DNA of 64,000 nt from Pyrodictiaceae archaeon (GCA_027036135.1 JALVSY010000007.1:4880-68879); one strand, 5' to 3'. Positions 50,976 to 61,923 are shown, counted from the first letter of the stretch. Numbers and translations are program-made. Notes: generated from the letters alone by a model not told the origin.

Positions 50976-52211
50976 CTAGCTCTTCCTAGCCTCTAGGCTC
51001 ATAGCGTGGTACCGGAAGCCCTCTAGCCTAGCAAGAACGATTGCCGCCTCCAACGCCTCGGGGTCCGTGTCGCTGACCACTGGTACTGGTTTGAGGAAGT
51101 CGTAGACGCTTAGCCCTCCACGCCACCTAGCCGCCCTGCCTGTCGGCAGTACGTGGCTTGGGCCAGCACTATAGTCCATATAGGCCACGGGCTCTCCGAG
51201 GGACACTGCGCCAGCATTAACTATCCTCCCTAGTATCTCGCGGGGCTCATCAGCGACTATCTCTAGGTGCTCGGGCGCGTACTCGTTAACAATAGCTATC
51301 GCTTGCTCCATGTTCTCCGCCACCACTATGGCCACGACGCCCATGTTCTCGTCGCGTACGGGCTCGGAGACGAGGCCCCTGACCTGGGACGCTAGCCTCG
51401 TTGAATCGGTAACGAGGAGAGCGGTCGAGAACGCGCCGTGCTCGGCCTGGGCTAGGAGGTCCAGGGCAACCAGCCTCGGGTCGGCGGAGTCATCGGCTAG
51501 TACTGCTATCTCGCTAGGCCCAGCAACCATGTCTATGCCGGTGTCCCTCGCTACTAGGAGCTTAGCAGCCTCCACGTAGGGGCTCCCTGGGCCAACTATC
51601 TTGTCTACGCGGGGCACGGGGGTAGCGCCATAAGCCATTGCCGCGACTGCCTGCGCGCCACCAATAGCTACTAGTGTATCGATGCCCGCGACGGCGGCAG
51701 CTGCCTCGATTAATGGGTGAGCCATGAAGCCTTCTCCCCGATACGGTGGAGAAGCAGCAACGATTAGCTCGGAGCCAACTACGCGCGCAGGGATAGCGGT
51801 CATGAGCAGCGTCGAGGGATAAGGCTTGGCACCCGCCGGGACATAGACGCCTACACGCCTCACCGGTCTCCACACAACACCTAGGCCATTGACCCATGTA
51901 TTGCGGGGCATTATCGCTTCGTGGAACCTCCTTATCCTCTCAGCGCTCGTCTCGAGAGCCCACCTAGCCTCGTCCCCTACCTCGCGGAGGGCCTCCTCGA
52001 GCTCTTCTCGTGGAACCCTTGGGTCGTCGAAGCCCTTGCCATCGAAGCGCTCAGAGAACCTCTTAGCAGCGGGGTAGCCCTCCTCACGTATACTCTTGAC
52101 AACGGGCTCAACGCGCTTAATGAACTCCTCTATGTCGTAGGGCCTCTTAAGCCCCTCCACTACCTCCTCGACACCGCGTCCACGGGCATCAATCTCCACG
52201 AGCTTACCCAT
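50976..52211 (-). CDS. hisD: Histidinol dehydrogenase
   Basis: GGAQA, AGPSE, AQAEH, APEHL and GPSHVLPT. Confidence 0.96.
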   Translation of the reverse strand: MGKLVEIDARGRGVEEVVEGLKRPYDIEEFIKRVEPVVKSIREEGYPAAKRFSERFDGKGFDDPRVPREELEEALREVGDEARWALETSAERIRRFHEAIMPRNTWVNGLGVVWRPVRRVGVYVPAGAKPYPSTLLMTAIPARVVGSELIVAASPPYRGEGFMAHPLIEAAAAVAGIDTLVAIGGAQAVAAMAYGATPVPRVDKIVGPGSPYVEAAKLLVARDTGIDMVAGPSEIAVLADDSADPRLVALDLLAQAEHGAFSTALLVTDSTRLASQVRGLVSEPVRDENMGVVAIVVAENMEQAIAIVNEYAPEHLEIVADEPREILGRIVNAGAVSLGEPVAYMDYSAGPSHVLPTGRAARWRGGLSVYDFLKPVPVVSDTDPEALEAAIVLARLEGFRYHAMSLEARKS

Positions 52212-52971
52212 CGGGTGGCCTCACCTCTACCCCGTGGCTTAGGAGGAAGCGCTTAAGCTCCGGGATCGGGATCAATGCCTCGTGGAAAACACCTGCTGCG
52301 AGGGCAGCGTCGGCGCCAGCGTCTCGCAGCACCTCTAGGAAGTGCCTCATCTCCCCCGCGCCGCCACTCGCTATGACGGGGACGCGGACAGCCTCAACCA
52401 CGGCCCTGGTCAGCTCTAGGTCGTAGCCGCTCCTTGTCCCGTCGCGGTCGATGCTAGTCAAGAGTATCTCGCCGGCACCGAGCCCTGCTACTCTCCTGGC
52501 CCACTCTACGGCGTCTAGCCCGGTTGGTATCCTCCCGCCAGCGACGTAGACCTCCCACCCACCGCTAGCGCGCCGCGCAGCATCAATAGCCACTACTACT
52601 GCCTGGGAGCCGTACTCCTGGGCAGCGAGCCTCACCAGCTCCGGGTTCCTCACCGCGCCAGTGTTTATCGAGACTTTGTCAGCCCCGCTGTCGAGCAACC
52701 TACCGAACTCCCTTAGGGTCTTGACCCCGCCGCCAACGGTGAAGGGCACGGTAATAGTGCTCGCCACGTCCCTTACTAGGCGGTAGAGGGGCTCACGGTT
52801 CTCAACAGTAGCGGTTATGTCGAGGAACACTAGCTCGTCCACACCCCACTCCTCGTATCGCGCCGCGAGCTCAACAGGGTCGCCCTGGTCCCTGAGGTCC
52901 CGGAACCTGGTACCCTTGACAACCCTTCCACCCGCGACGTCTAGGCAGGCAATTATCCTCTTAGCTGGCAT
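52204..52971 (-). CDS. hisF: IGP synthase cyclase subunit
   Basis: [18 protein letters not shown] and TSIDRDGT. Confidence 0.96.
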   Translation of the reverse strand: MPAKRIIACLDVAGGRVVKGTRFRDLRDQGDPVELAARYEEWGVDELVFLDITATVENREPLYRLVRDVASTITVPFTVGGGVKTLREFGRLLDSGADKVSINTGAVRNPELVRLAAQEYGSQAVVVAIDAARRASGGWEVYVAGGRIPTGLDAVEWARRVAGLGAGEILLTSIDRDGTRSGYDLELTRAVVEAVRVPVIASGGAGEMRHFLEVLRDAGADAALAAGVFHEALIPIPELKRFLLSHGVEVRPPDG

Positions 52972-53545
52972 CGAGCCTCACCTCGCCCTTAGTACTAATC
53001 GTCTCCCCCGCCTCGGCTAGGGCTTCTCGTAGAGCAAAGCCGAGGGCCTTGAACGCGGCCTCTGCTAAGTGGTGATTATTCCCGCCCACCAGTTCCCTCA
53101 CGTGTATGGTTGCCCGGAGCGAGGAGGCAAGCGAGGCCACGAAGTGCGCAACGTTCTCGAGGGCTAGCCCGCCTATCTCCTCGCGGGTAAACCCTAGCTC
53201 CACGTAGCCGCCGGGGCGCCCAGAGACATCGACGGCTGCGAGCACGAGAACCTCGTCCATAGGCACAATGGCGTACCCAAACCTCTTGATCGCTCCACCG
53301 CTTATTGCTCTCCTAAGCGCCTCGCCAAGAGCAAGCGCAGTGTCCTCGACCACGTGGTGGTCGTCAAAGCCCCGCTTATCCACCGACTCGACGACGCCGC
53401 GGGCACCCATGTAGCGCAGCAGGGTCTCGACTAGGTGGTCGAAGAACCCTATACCCGTGGATACCCTGGCCTCGCCCGGCTCAAGCACTATATCGACAAG
53501 TACCCGTGTCTCCCGGGTTTCTCTCAGGACGCGCGCGCTACGCAT
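52961..53545 (-). CDS. hisB: Imidazoleglycerol-phosphate dehydratase
   Basis: [18 protein letters not shown] and [12 protein letters not shown]. Confidence 0.95.
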   Translation of the reverse strand: MRSARVLRETRETRVLVDIVLEPGEARVSTGIGFFDHLVETLLRYMGARGVVESVDKRGFDDHHVVEDTALALGEALRRAISGGAIKRFGYAIVPMDEVLVLAAVDVSGRPGGYVELGFTREEIGGLALENVAHFVASLASSLRATIHVRELVGGNNHHLAEAAFKALGFALREALAEAGETISTKGEVRLDAS

Positions 53546-54251
53546 ACCTAGCAGCCTCCTCCCACCTAATCCTACCAGTATAGAGAGCCATGCCGACCAC
53601 TACCGCGTCGAACCCAAGCGAGGCAAGAGCCTCGACATCCCTTAGCGAGGAGACGCCGCCGGAGAACACGATGAAGCCCGGGTAGATCTCGCGGAGCCTC
53701 CTAGCCCGGCCCAGGTCTGGGCCCCTGAGGCTCCCCTCAACCCATACCTGGGTATAGAATAGCCCAGTAGCGCCGCTAGCCGCCACGGTCTTGACGGCCT
53801 CCTCTAGGCTGAGTGAGGTCTTCTCCCTCCAGCCACGGGTAACTAGGAAGCCGTCCCGATCCTCCTCGACAGCCGCTAACACCTCGCAGCCTGTCCGCTT
53901 CCTCGCCTCGCCCAGTATCCCGGGGTCGCGGAGCCAAGCAGAGCCAATAACTAGTCTCGAGGCCCCAGCGCTGCAAAGAGCCTCGGCTACCTCGAGGGAG
54001 CGAACACCGCCCCCATACTCTACCCTGAGGCCGAGACCAGCAATCCCCCGGAGTATCCCCAGCGTCTCCTTGCCCAGCTTCCCTTTCTCGGCAGCGTCCA
54101 GGTCGACTACGTGGACCCACGTGAACCCGTAGCTTGCTATTCTCCTAGCTAGCTCCACTGGGTCTCCTAGGCGTAGCCCCGTGCCACGCCGACCAGCGAC
54201 GCGCTTAACAGCCACGCCGTCCTCGATGTCTATAGATGGTATGAGCTTCAC
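53538..54251 (-). CDS. hisA: ProFAR isomerase
   Basis: IPSIDI, HVVDLD, GGGVRS and SGGV. Confidence 0.93.
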   Translation of the reverse strand: MKLIPSIDIEDGVAVKRVAGRRGTGLRLGDPVELARRIASYGFTWVHVVDLDAAEKGKLGKETLGILRGIAGLGLRVEYGGGVRSLEVAEALCSAGASRLVIGSAWLRDPGILGEARKRTGCEVLAAVEEDRDGFLVTRGWREKTSLSLEEAVKTVAASGATGLFYTQVWVEGSLRGPDLGRARRLREIYPGFIVFSGGVSSLRDVEALASLGFDAVVVGMALYTGRIRWEEAARYA

Positions 54252-55114
54252 GGTATCACCCTCTCAACGCTGAGCACGAGGATGTCCCTAGCCCCGCGCC
54301 GCTTAGCCTCAACAACTACACGGGACAGCTTATCGACCGGGACAACAGTCATTACCTCCCACATGGGCTCCGGGGCCTCTATACGTGCAATCGTCGGGCC
54401 ACTCATAGAGGGCAACACCTTGACAACGTCTTGGAGATACTTATCGGGCACGTTCATTAGGATTAGTTTTAGCTTACGTGCGCGCACAACGCCCTTAATG
54501 GCCTCAACTATCTCCTCCACCGCACCGGTATCATCCCTTAGCAGCGGTGTCTTGATGAGCCTCGCACTGGTCTCGAGAACGGTCTCGATCGGTACTAGGC
54601 CGTGAAGCCTCATAGTAGTACCAGTAGACACTATATCAACAACGGCGTCGCAAGCCCCTAGGCTAGGCATGACCTCGGACGCGCCACTAATCCTCAGAAT
54701 CCTCGCCCTTATCCCCCTCTCCTCGAAGAACCTCCTAGCAATATTGACGTACTTGGTCGCTACCCGTACACCATCCGGCAGTTCATCAACGCTCCTAATC
54801 CCGCTGCTACGCGGCACAGCCACCACTAGCCGGGCCCTACCAAACCCCAGGTCAGCAACCTCGGTGACCTCCGCACCGGACTCGACAACGTAGTCGAGGC
54901 CAGTTATGCCGAGCTCAGCAGCACCCGAGGCAACAATGCCGGGGATATCCTCGGCGCGGACAAACACTATCTTAACATCATCGCGCGTCGTCGGGACAAC
55001 AAGAGCCCTATCAGAGTCGCCGTATAGGGGCTCAATACCAGCAGCCTCCAAGAGCCTCAGCGCGGGGCCGCGTAGCCTACCCTTACTAGGAACAGCTATA
55101 CGTAGCTGAGCCAA
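54248..55114 (-). CDS. hisG: ATP phosphoribosyltransferase (long form)
   Basis: IAVPSKGRL, GITGLD, ATKY, DIVSTGTT and C-terminal ACT-like domain. Confidence 0.96.
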   Translation of the reverse strand: MAQLRIAVPSKGRLRGPALRLLEAAGIEPLYGDSDRALVVPTTRDDVKIVFVRAEDIPGIVASGAAELGITGLDYVVESGAEVTEVADLGFGRARLVVAVPRSSGIRSVDELPDGVRVATKYVNIARRFFEERGIRARILRISGASEVMPSLGACDAVVDIVSTGTTMRLHGLVPIETVLETSARLIKTPLLRDDTGAVEEIVEAIKGVVRARKLKLILMNVPDKYLQDVVKVLPSMSGPTIARIEAPEPMWEVMTVVPVDKLSRVVVEAKRRGARDILVLSVERVIP

Positions 55115-55543
55115 TGAGAACTAGCACCCCTGCTGCAATGATACCAGGGCTTCCCCATACCCAGTAGAACCCGTGACAACTAGCAACGGGTACGGGCTAG
55201 GAGCTAGGAGGAGAAAGAGACTCCTCTTACCGCTACTAGGCCTTATGAACACACATCGCCACTACACCCACACCACGAGACGCTAGGCAACTCAAAAGCC
55301 CTGGGCAGGGGTTAAAACAACTAAGCACATAACAAGTACGCTTACAGTCAAGAACCGTGTGCTATAGCTATTTGAAATAATAGGAGATATAGGTATCGCC
55401 GGGGAGTCTTAGGGTATATAGGAGCATATTTTTCACAAGTATACGATACCGTATGTTAGCGATGAGAGTAATGTTTATTAGAACTAACTATAATATATAT
55501 ATATATATTAATGAAGAAGAAGCTATTAGGGTGAGAAGTGCAC

Positions 55544-55594
55544 ATGATAATAATAATTGATTGCAGAGTAATAATTTGTCCAGAGCCACTGTAA
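55544..55594 (+). CDS. Putative 16-aa peptide MIIIIDCRVIICPEPL
   Basis: GGTGA RBS about 9 nt upstream, TA-rich promoter and oligo-T tract after the stop. Confidence 0.45.
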   Translation: MIIIIDCRVIICPEPL

Positions 55595-55663
55595 CCAACC
55601 TAAACTATTTTTTTCTCTTTTAGATAATTATTAAATAATTATAGTAAATCAAGGCGATTAAAG

Positions 55664-56422
55664 TTGATAGGTCAAGGTAATACTAGTAATAAAAAAATTA
55701 GCGTTGATAAAATTGACGTTTACTGTGCTATAGGCGATGTTAACGAGTGTGCACAATGGGGAAGAACTTTATCTAGCGCCGTTCACGTCTTAAGTGACAT
55801 GATTAATAAGGATTTAAAGATCTTAGTTGTCGTTACGAGTGGAATGCAAGTTTTAATGCTTAGTGCGTTTGAGGTGTTGAGGAAGTATGATGGTATAGCT
55901 GCTATAGATGTTACGCAGCCACTATCTAGAAACCTATATAACGCGCTCCATAGTGTCGCTGAGCTAGCCATACGCAAGGACTTAGGAAACACGGTTAGCA
56001 GGTGGGCCCTTGAGGGCATGGCTAGTGCGCTAGCATTAGAAGCTCTCAGGGCTTCGGATGAGAACGTGTTTAGAGAAGTTCTTGGCAAGATCACATCCGA
56101 GAACTGCATCGACTTGGACAAGTTATTCTCGTGGAAGTTCCCCGTTGAAGTTGGGGAAGGCTTTACAATAATTGGCGGTGCCGGCGAGAACGCCACAAAT
56201 GTTGTAAAACAACTAGTTTCGACCCTGGCCAGGAGCCTAGAAGGCGACCTAATAGGCCATATTAGTGGTAGCGATAAAGCGCTTTACTCAACCGCGGCCC
56301 GTATATTCTATAAACTCATCGAGAAATATGGTATTAGTGAGATTTACAAGCTCTTGATCGATGAAAGTACTCTTAGAAAGAGGATCGAAGATGTCTACAA
56401 AGAAGCCTGTGGTACAGATTAG
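55664..56422 (+). CDS. Gluzincin (peptidase MA)-fold protein with degenerate HEXXH
   Basis: LHSVAE...WALEGMA...LYSTAARIFYKLIEKYG resembles HExxH / WxxEGxA / YxxS..L..YG. Confidence 0.6.
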   Translation: MIGQGNTSNKKISVDKIDVYCAIGDVNECAQWGRTLSSAVHVLSDMINKDLKILVVVTSGMQVLMLSAFEVLRKYDGIAAIDVTQPLSRNLYNALHSVAELAIRKDLGNTVSRWALEGMASALALEALRASDENVFREVLGKITSENCIDLDKLFSWKFPVEVGEGFTIIGGAGENATNVVKQLVSTLARSLEGDLIGHISGSDKALYSTAARIFYKLIEKYGISEIYKLLIDESTLRKRIEDVYKEACGTD

Positions 56423-57410
56423 GGGGGTCTATTACCGAGTTCTAAGGAACATTACTGTTGATTTTCCGAGCGGCCTCACTATTGTATCAGGTGCTAATGG
56501 TAGTGGCAAGACTAGCTTAATGAGGCTTGTAGCGGGGCTAGATACACCTGAAAGGGGTATTGTTAAAGTTTTTTCTCTTGAGCCCAGGAGGGCTCTCCAC
56601 ACCGGACTTATCGCGGTCTCGCTCCACCCACCATACTTTGACCCGACTCTGACAGTACGGGAGTTCCTACAGCTTCATGGTAGCCTATGTAAGGGTATAC
56701 CTCTTAAAGATGTAACTCGCAGGCTCAACTTATACAGCTTCTTTGATAAGAGGATTTACGAGCTATCCAGTGGGCAAAGAAAACGAGCTGATTTGGCCCG
56801 TGTGTTTAACTGCTTGCCGAAGAACGGGGTTCTCTTACTTGACGAGCCCAGCGAGTCCCTTGATACCGCGTCTCGAAGCACCCTCATAGACCTAATATCT
56901 GAGTCCCTGGATATAGTGGATGCCGTTATTGTTTCGACCCACGATGAGCTCTTTGCTAGGGATCTGGGAAAGCTGGGTATCAGTAGCTATATTATGCTCG
57001 ATAAAGGAAAAGCTCATAATGTCTCACTGAGCGCTGCGAATCCCCCCGCACCCACAGAGTCTAGAGCGGGTAGTCGCGGTATTGCCTTTGCTGTTAAAGC
57101 CGTAGTTCGCGGCAATATCCCTATCACGGAGTTGAGATCCATACCCGGTGTTCTTAGCGTTGATTTCCAGCCAGATATCGACTGGGTGCTGCAACGTCTA
57201 GGACTTGATAGATCCTCCTTGGGTAATGTAATAATGGCCTCTACTGGCAGACTTGAGAAAAGTGCTAGCGGGTACTCCACTATAAGGCTTGATAGCATTA
57301 TGGTCAAGTTTGACATAGTTGTAGAAGATTATAATGCTCTTGCCCGGGCTCTTAGTAAGTTACTTGAATATGGAAGTATTGAGTATCTCGGTATGGGTGG
57401 TCATAGGTGA
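56391..57410 (+). CDS. ABC transporter ATP-binding protein
   Basis: GANGSGKT, LSSGQ, LLLDEP and STHD. Confidence 0.92.
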   Translation: MSTKKPVVQIRGVYYRVLRNITVDFPSGLTIVSGANGSGKTSLMRLVAGLDTPERGIVKVFSLEPRRALHTGLIAVSLHPPYFDPTLTVREFLQLHGSLCKGIPLKDVTRRLNLYSFFDKRIYELSSGQRKRADLARVFNCLPKNGVLLLDEPSESLDTASRSTLIDLISESLDIVDAVIVSTHDELFARDLGKLGISSYIMLDKGKAHNVSLSAANPPAPTESRAGSRGIAFAVKAVVRGNIPITELRSIPGVLSVDFQPDIDWVLQRLGLDRSSLGNVIMASTGRLEKSASGYSTIRLDSIMVKFDIVVEDYNALARALSKLLEYGSIEYLGMGGHR

Positions 57411-58144
57411 ATGCATTCAATACCCTTAAGGTGCTTATTTCATTCCAGCTGAGTAAGTCGAGGCATAGTGCACCCACAGTCATAGTGTCTCCCTTAGCCA
57501 TTGCCTTCACAGCGATAGCGATACTCCCATACGCTTTATCTAAAAGTTATGGAGCCAGCGTAGCAAAGTCCATTCTTGCAGGCTATATACCCTTGCTTGC
57601 TATACTTGCTGCTCTTCCAGCAGCTATAATAGCGGTTATTGAAGTTTCAGCGGGGCGCTATAATCACTTATTATTATCCGGGGTATCGCCTCACCTTATC
57701 TCGGTATCAATATTCCTTATAAACGCCGCTTTATCCCTTATAATAGTTGTACTAGGCTTAGTAATTTCTAAGGTTTTATATAACTTCCCTTCGCATGAAA
57801 ATATAAGCCTAGTTATATTCCTAGCCTTCCTCGGCACCATAGGAATATCGGGACTTGCAGTTGCCGTGTCTTATCCGTTCCGTAACCCGCAAATCTCGGG
57901 GCTAATTGTTTCCCTACTTGTCATACTTTTTGAGTATTTATCGCCAGTATATTATCCTATCACGGCGCTTCCCCGGATTTGGGCCGAAGTAGTACTGGCC
58001 ATTAATCCCTTGGCGTCTGTTATGGGGTTTCTTCGTGGAACCTTCTCACTGAAATTTACCATGCTAGTTACAATACCATCTTCTATCTTATGGACTGTTA
58101 TTGGAATTATACTCTTATCGAGGAAGATAATGAAAACAATATAA
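57407..58144 (+). CDS. ABC-2 type exporter permease
   Basis: 6 TM; SPVYYPITALP...NPL. Confidence 0.88.
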   Translation: MNAFNTLKVLISFQLSKSRHSAPTVIVSPLAIAFTAIAILPYALSKSYGASVAKSILAGYIPLLAILAALPAAIIAVIEVSAGRYNHLLLSGVSPHLISVSIFLINAALSLIIVVLGLVISKVLYNFPSHENISLVIFLAFLGTIGISGLAVAVSYPFRNPQISGLIVSLLVILFEYLSPVYYPITALPRIWAEVVLAINPLASVMGFLRGTFSLKFTMLVTIPSSILWTVIGIILLSRKIMKTI

Positions 58145-58262
58145 CGTTTCAAAGTAAAGATTTACTGCTTAATCAAGTGATTATTTTAATTATGTATCAT
58201 ATTTTTTAATTAATTTTTACAACTATGTATCCCATGACTAGGCTGGTATTGGAGGCTGGTCC

Positions 58263-58496
58263 TTACCTAGGCATTATTTTCGTGTACCTCTTCTCAAGCT
58301 CGTACTCCTCTCGGAGGATTTTCTCAACAAGCTTCGGATCAACATCAACTACCTCGGGTTTTAAAGCCCTCATAATAAGCTCTCCATCATTAACCTCAAC
58401 TATTACCTCGTCCCCTTCGTCAATGCCTAGGGCTTCGCGAATACGCTTAGGCAATATTATGATGCCCTTCTTATGAACCCGGAGAACAGCTTTCAT
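58263..58496 (-). CDS. AbrB/MazE antitoxin, orphan
   Basis: RVHKKGIIILPKRIREALGIDEGD; no toxin follows. Confidence 0.88.
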   Translation of the reverse strand: MKAVLRVHKKGIIILPKRIREALGIDEGDEVIVEVNDGELIMRALKPEVVDVDPKLVEKILREEYELEKRYTKIMPR

Positions 58497-58577
58497 AAAG
58501 GTCTCCCAGAATATATTGGGTTAAACCTGCTTAATAAGGGTTTGACCAGCCAAATGGTGTTAAGTAAAATACCCACT

Positions 58578-59678
58578 TTACGGTTTATGAGTATTTTCGT
58601 CTCGATGACGAGAAAAACATTTGTTTTTCGCAACTACTTGCTCCTTCGCTTGTCTTAGCGACTTTAGTAGTGCTTCTAACTCCTTTCGTGTGCCTATTGT
58701 TATTCTCATCCATGTGTCTCCCATGGGTACTCTCCTCACCATTACTCCTTTCTCGGCTAGCTTGTTGACTACCCCTGGTATGCCAGTGTCTGCTAGGAGG
58801 AAGTTTGTCCAGCTCTTGTAGGCCTGGATCCCCATGCCTAGTAGTTCTCCGCGGAGCCAGTCCCTGTTCCCCTTTATCTCCCTGACCTGTTTCTCGACGA
58901 GGTCACGGTGCTTTAGCGCTGCGATGGCTGCTGCGAGGCTTGTGCGTGGCACGGGGAATGGTGCTAGTAGTTTCCACACGGCTTCCCGGAGCTCCCTTGG
59001 AGCGGCTATGTAGCCTATTCTTAGCCCTGCTAGGCCGAATGCCTTGCTAAAGGTGCGCGCCACGACTAGGCGCCCAGTTTCCTCTACTAGGTCTATCACG
59101 GTCTCGCCGCTGAACTCGTAGTAGGCCTCATCGATAACGATGACTGCCTCGGTCTCCTCCACCAAGTCCACTACGTCGCGTCTGCCTAGGAGCAGGGCCC
59201 CGGTCGGGTTATTCGGGTTATCAATGACTACTAGCCGGGCGCCCCGAGCTCGGTCAATAAGCTCTGCCAGGTCTAGGCACCACTTGTCGCCACAGGGGCT
59301 GAGCTCAACGGTCTCGGCCCTAGCTCCGCTGAGCGCGGCGTAGACGCTGTACATCGCGAACCCCGGCGAGGGGTGGACAACGCGGTCACCAGGCTCCACG
59401 ACAGCATCGAACACCGCTCTCAGCAACGAGTCGCTACCAGGCCCGAAGACGAGGAAACCCCTACCGACGCCAGTATAGTCCTCTAGTAGCTCGTAGAGGG
59501 TGTCGTAGAGCCTCTTCTCGGGGTAGCGATTAGCCCTCCTAGCCTCCTCGGCGACGGCCTCAACGATGAAACCGGGGACGGGGCCAGGGTTCTCGTTCAG
59601 GTCGAGGCGCGCGACAAGCCCCTCAGGGTAGTCACGGGGCTCGTAGAGCGGAGCACTCCTTATCCTATCCTTGACCAA
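58578..59678 (-). CDS. hisC: Histidinol-phosphate aminotransferase
   Basis: LDLNENP, NRYP, NPNNPTG, DEAY and RTFSKAFGLAGLRIG; TTG 59678 is the likely start. Confidence 0.92.
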   Translation of the reverse strand: MVKDRIRSAPLYEPRDYPEGLVARLDLNENPGPVPGFIVEAVAEEARRANRYPEKRLYDTLYELLEDYTGVGRGFLVFGPGSDSLLRAVFDAVVEPGDRVVHPSPGFAMYSVYAALSGARAETVELSPCGDKWCLDLAELIDRARGARLVVIDNPNNPTGALLLGRRDVVDLVEETEAVIVIDEAYYEFSGETVIDLVEETGRLVVARTFSKAFGLAGLRIGYIAAPRELREAVWKLLAPFPVPRTSLAAAIAALKHRDLVEKQVREIKGNRDWLRGELLGMGIQAYKSWTNFLLADTGIPGVVNKLAEKGVMVRRVPMGDTWMRITIGTRKELEALLKSLRQAKEQVVAKNKCFSRHRDENTHKP

Positions 59679-59815
59679 TCCCAAGGAGGTAGCCCCCACA
59701 CAGCGGGTATAGGCACGCTCACTAGCTAATTGGGCCACACAAAAAGAGACTATCGGAATAGACCGTGGAGGAAACAGCACCTCGTAACAAGAGCCTCGAA
59801 TAAGGAGTTGCTTCT

Positions 59816-60151
59816 TTACTGGGGCTCGAGGGGTACTAGCTTACCCATGCGCCTATATCTCTCGAGCTCCTCCTCGCCGACTATGTGTAGCTCAACCGGG
59901 GCATAGAGGGGTAGGCCCAGCTTCTCCGCTTCCTCTAGTATCCTTGCCCTGAGCCCCACTGCTTCCCTGAACCCGGGCCTATGGGGCAGCACGACGAGGA
60001 TATCTATGTCGCTTAGGACGGTGAGCCTATCCTCAGCGGCTCCTCCCACTAGGTAGACCTTAGCCTCCGGGACTACTTGCCTAGCAGCCCTCGCGGCTAT
60101 GTGGGCGTATCTCCTCCACTCACTGATTATCCTTAGCCTCGTGGCCGCCAA
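59816..60151 (-). CDS. MNT nucleotidyltransferase
   Basis: YLVGG...SDIDIL...VELHIV. Confidence 0.88.
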   Translation of the reverse strand: MAATRLRIISEWRRYAHIAARAARQVVPEAKVYLVGGAAEDRLTVLSDIDILVVLPHRPGFREAVGLRARILEEAEKLGLPLYAPVELHIVGEEELERYRRMGKLVPLEPQ

Positions 60152-60570
60152 GCACCCTCTCCTCTACACGTGACACTAGCCTAATAACGTCCTCCGCGAC
60201 GCGGAGAATAATCTCTGCCTGCTCCCTCGTGTACTCTAGGACTGAGTAAACGGCACGTGTATGAGCCTCCTCTAGCTCTGCTAGGAGCCTCCTATTAGCC
60301 CGGACATAGTCCTCGATAATCTCTGCTTCTTCTCTGAAGCCCTCGTTGCGCAGACTAAGTGCCAAAGCACCCAACAAGCTGCGGGTACCGGGGCCTCTCC
60401 ACTCCTCTCCCGTGACGCGGTAGAAGGCTCTTAATCCTCAGCTGGGCAGCGTACTCAGCCAGTAACGCGGCCACGTCGTAGACTCCCTTATCTAGGAGCT
60501 CGGCGGCAAGCCCTAGCATTAGCTCAGAGCGCTTCTTCAGGAGCGCCAGTATACATCGCTCAATAACCAG
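60120..60570 (-). pseudogene. HEPN gene, frameshifted
   Basis: YDVAALLAEYAAQL and LEEAHTRAVY lie in different frames. Confidence 0.78.
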
Positions 60571-60804
60571 AGCCCCCGAGTCACTCTTGTAAGGAGGCAC
60601 CGGGGCCTAGTAGGTTGCTGCCCGGGGAAGAGCATTCCTCCCGGGGCTATTTCTTGAGCGATATGTGGTGGGAGCGCATGATTGGGTAGAGGGATAGGTG
60701 TTAAAACACCCACATACCTCTATACCTAGGTGGTGTCATCTCCTCGGGTGCTTCCTCGGGAAGGACTCCCCTTGTTTACGCGTTGAGCGGGGCGATTCGG
60801 AGAG

Positions 60805-61521
60805 GTGCCTAGCAGACGGTTCGAGGAGGCACGCTTCGTGCTCGTGGTGGTGGAGGCTCTCCGCCTAGCTAAGCAGCGGTATAGTTACCGGGAGCTCTCG
60901 CTTGCCACGGGTGTTCCTGCGCCCCACTTGTCCCGCTACGTTACTGGCAGGGGGCTCCCATCGCCCGAGAAGGCCCGCGAGATACTCGAGGGTCTCTGGC
61001 GCCTAGCCAACCCGAGGAAGGCGTTGGCGGAGCGCCTTGCCGAGACCGGGGGCGTGCTCGACACCAGCATAGTGCTCACCGACCCGCTTCATCTCTTGCT
61101 CGCATCTCTCTACTTCATGGAGCGCATAGACTCCGGCAAGGTGACCCGTATACTCGTGCCAGAGGCCTCCGGGATACCCTTCGCCACTACGCTGAGTCTC
61201 TCCCTGGAGAAACCCTTCATCGTGGCCCGGAGGGGCCCAGTGCTAGGCGACGAGGTGTGCAGCGACACGGTTCCAAGCTTCTGCATACCTCGGGGCACAC
61301 TGACAAGGGCTGACACAGTCCTAATAGTGGATGACATAGTGGAGACGGGGAGAACGCTGCAAGCGATGAGGAACCTAGCAGAGAAAACAGGGGCCAAGAT
61401 ACACAGCGTGGCAGCACTAGTAGTCATCGGGGAGGAGTGGCGCGAGACAAGCGGCCTCCACGAAATAGAGGCGCTTGTGGCGCTAACCAAGCCAGGGACA
61501 AAGAGAATACCAAGCCTATGA
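60805..61521 (+). CDS. HTH-phosphoribosyltransferase (PurR-like) regulator
   Basis: N-terminal YRELS...LSRYVTG HTH; LIVDDIVETG PRPP loop. Confidence 0.88.
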   Translation: MPSRRFEEARFVLVVVEALRLAKQRYSYRELSLATGVPAPHLSRYVTGRGLPSPEKAREILEGLWRLANPRKALAERLAETGGVLDTSIVLTDPLHLLLASLYFMERIDSGKVTRILVPEASGIPFATTLSLSLEKPFIVARRGPVLGDEVCSDTVPSFCIPRGTLTRADTVLIVDDIVETGRTLQAMRNLAEKTGAKIHSVAALVVIGEEWRETSGLHEIEALVALTKPGTKRIPSL

Positions 61522-61545
61522 CTCTAGGGCCTCACTGCCTAATGG

Positions 61546-61923
61546 CTACTCCTCTTGCTCCCCGCGCGGCGACTCTTTACCCTTGCCTCTCTCCCTTCCC
61601 TTTCTCCCCTCCTTGCCTCCCTCCTGCTCGCAGCCCTCCTCTTCTTCCTCCTCTTCCCTCTCCCCGCTTATCTCCTCGAGCCTCTTATCAATACTCTTAA
61701 TGTACTCGTCTATGAGCTTCTTCATTGCCTCGAGCCACTTTTTCTGAGCCTCTAGTATCTCCTGCTCAACCTCAGGCGGTATCTCTGCCAGGTAGCCCGG
61801 ATAGGGGAGACTCGCCGGGGCTAGAGGTGTAACGGGGAAGAGTTGTTGGAGGTTATATGGGTATTGGTAGGAGGCTTGCCCTCTCATGGATCTATGGTGC
61901 TTGTGGCTTGGTTTGCAGGGCAT
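61546..61923 (-). CDS. DUF5320-like Pro/Tyr-rich coiled-coil protein
   Basis: EILEAQKKWLEAM...IDKRLEE; paralog of 63531-63869. Confidence 0.7.
   Translation of the reverse strand: MPCKPSHKHHRSMRGQASYQYPYNLQQLFPVTPLAPASLPYPGYLAEIPPEVEQEILEAQKKWLEAMKKLIDEYIKSIDKRLEEISGEREEEEEEEGCEQEGGKEGRKGRERGKGKESPRGEQEE

Noticed and set aside
52817-55109. Plus-strand ORFs antisense to his genes (and similar ones elsewhere)
   Set aside because: Ser/Thr/Pro-rich antisense shadows of well-supported genes.
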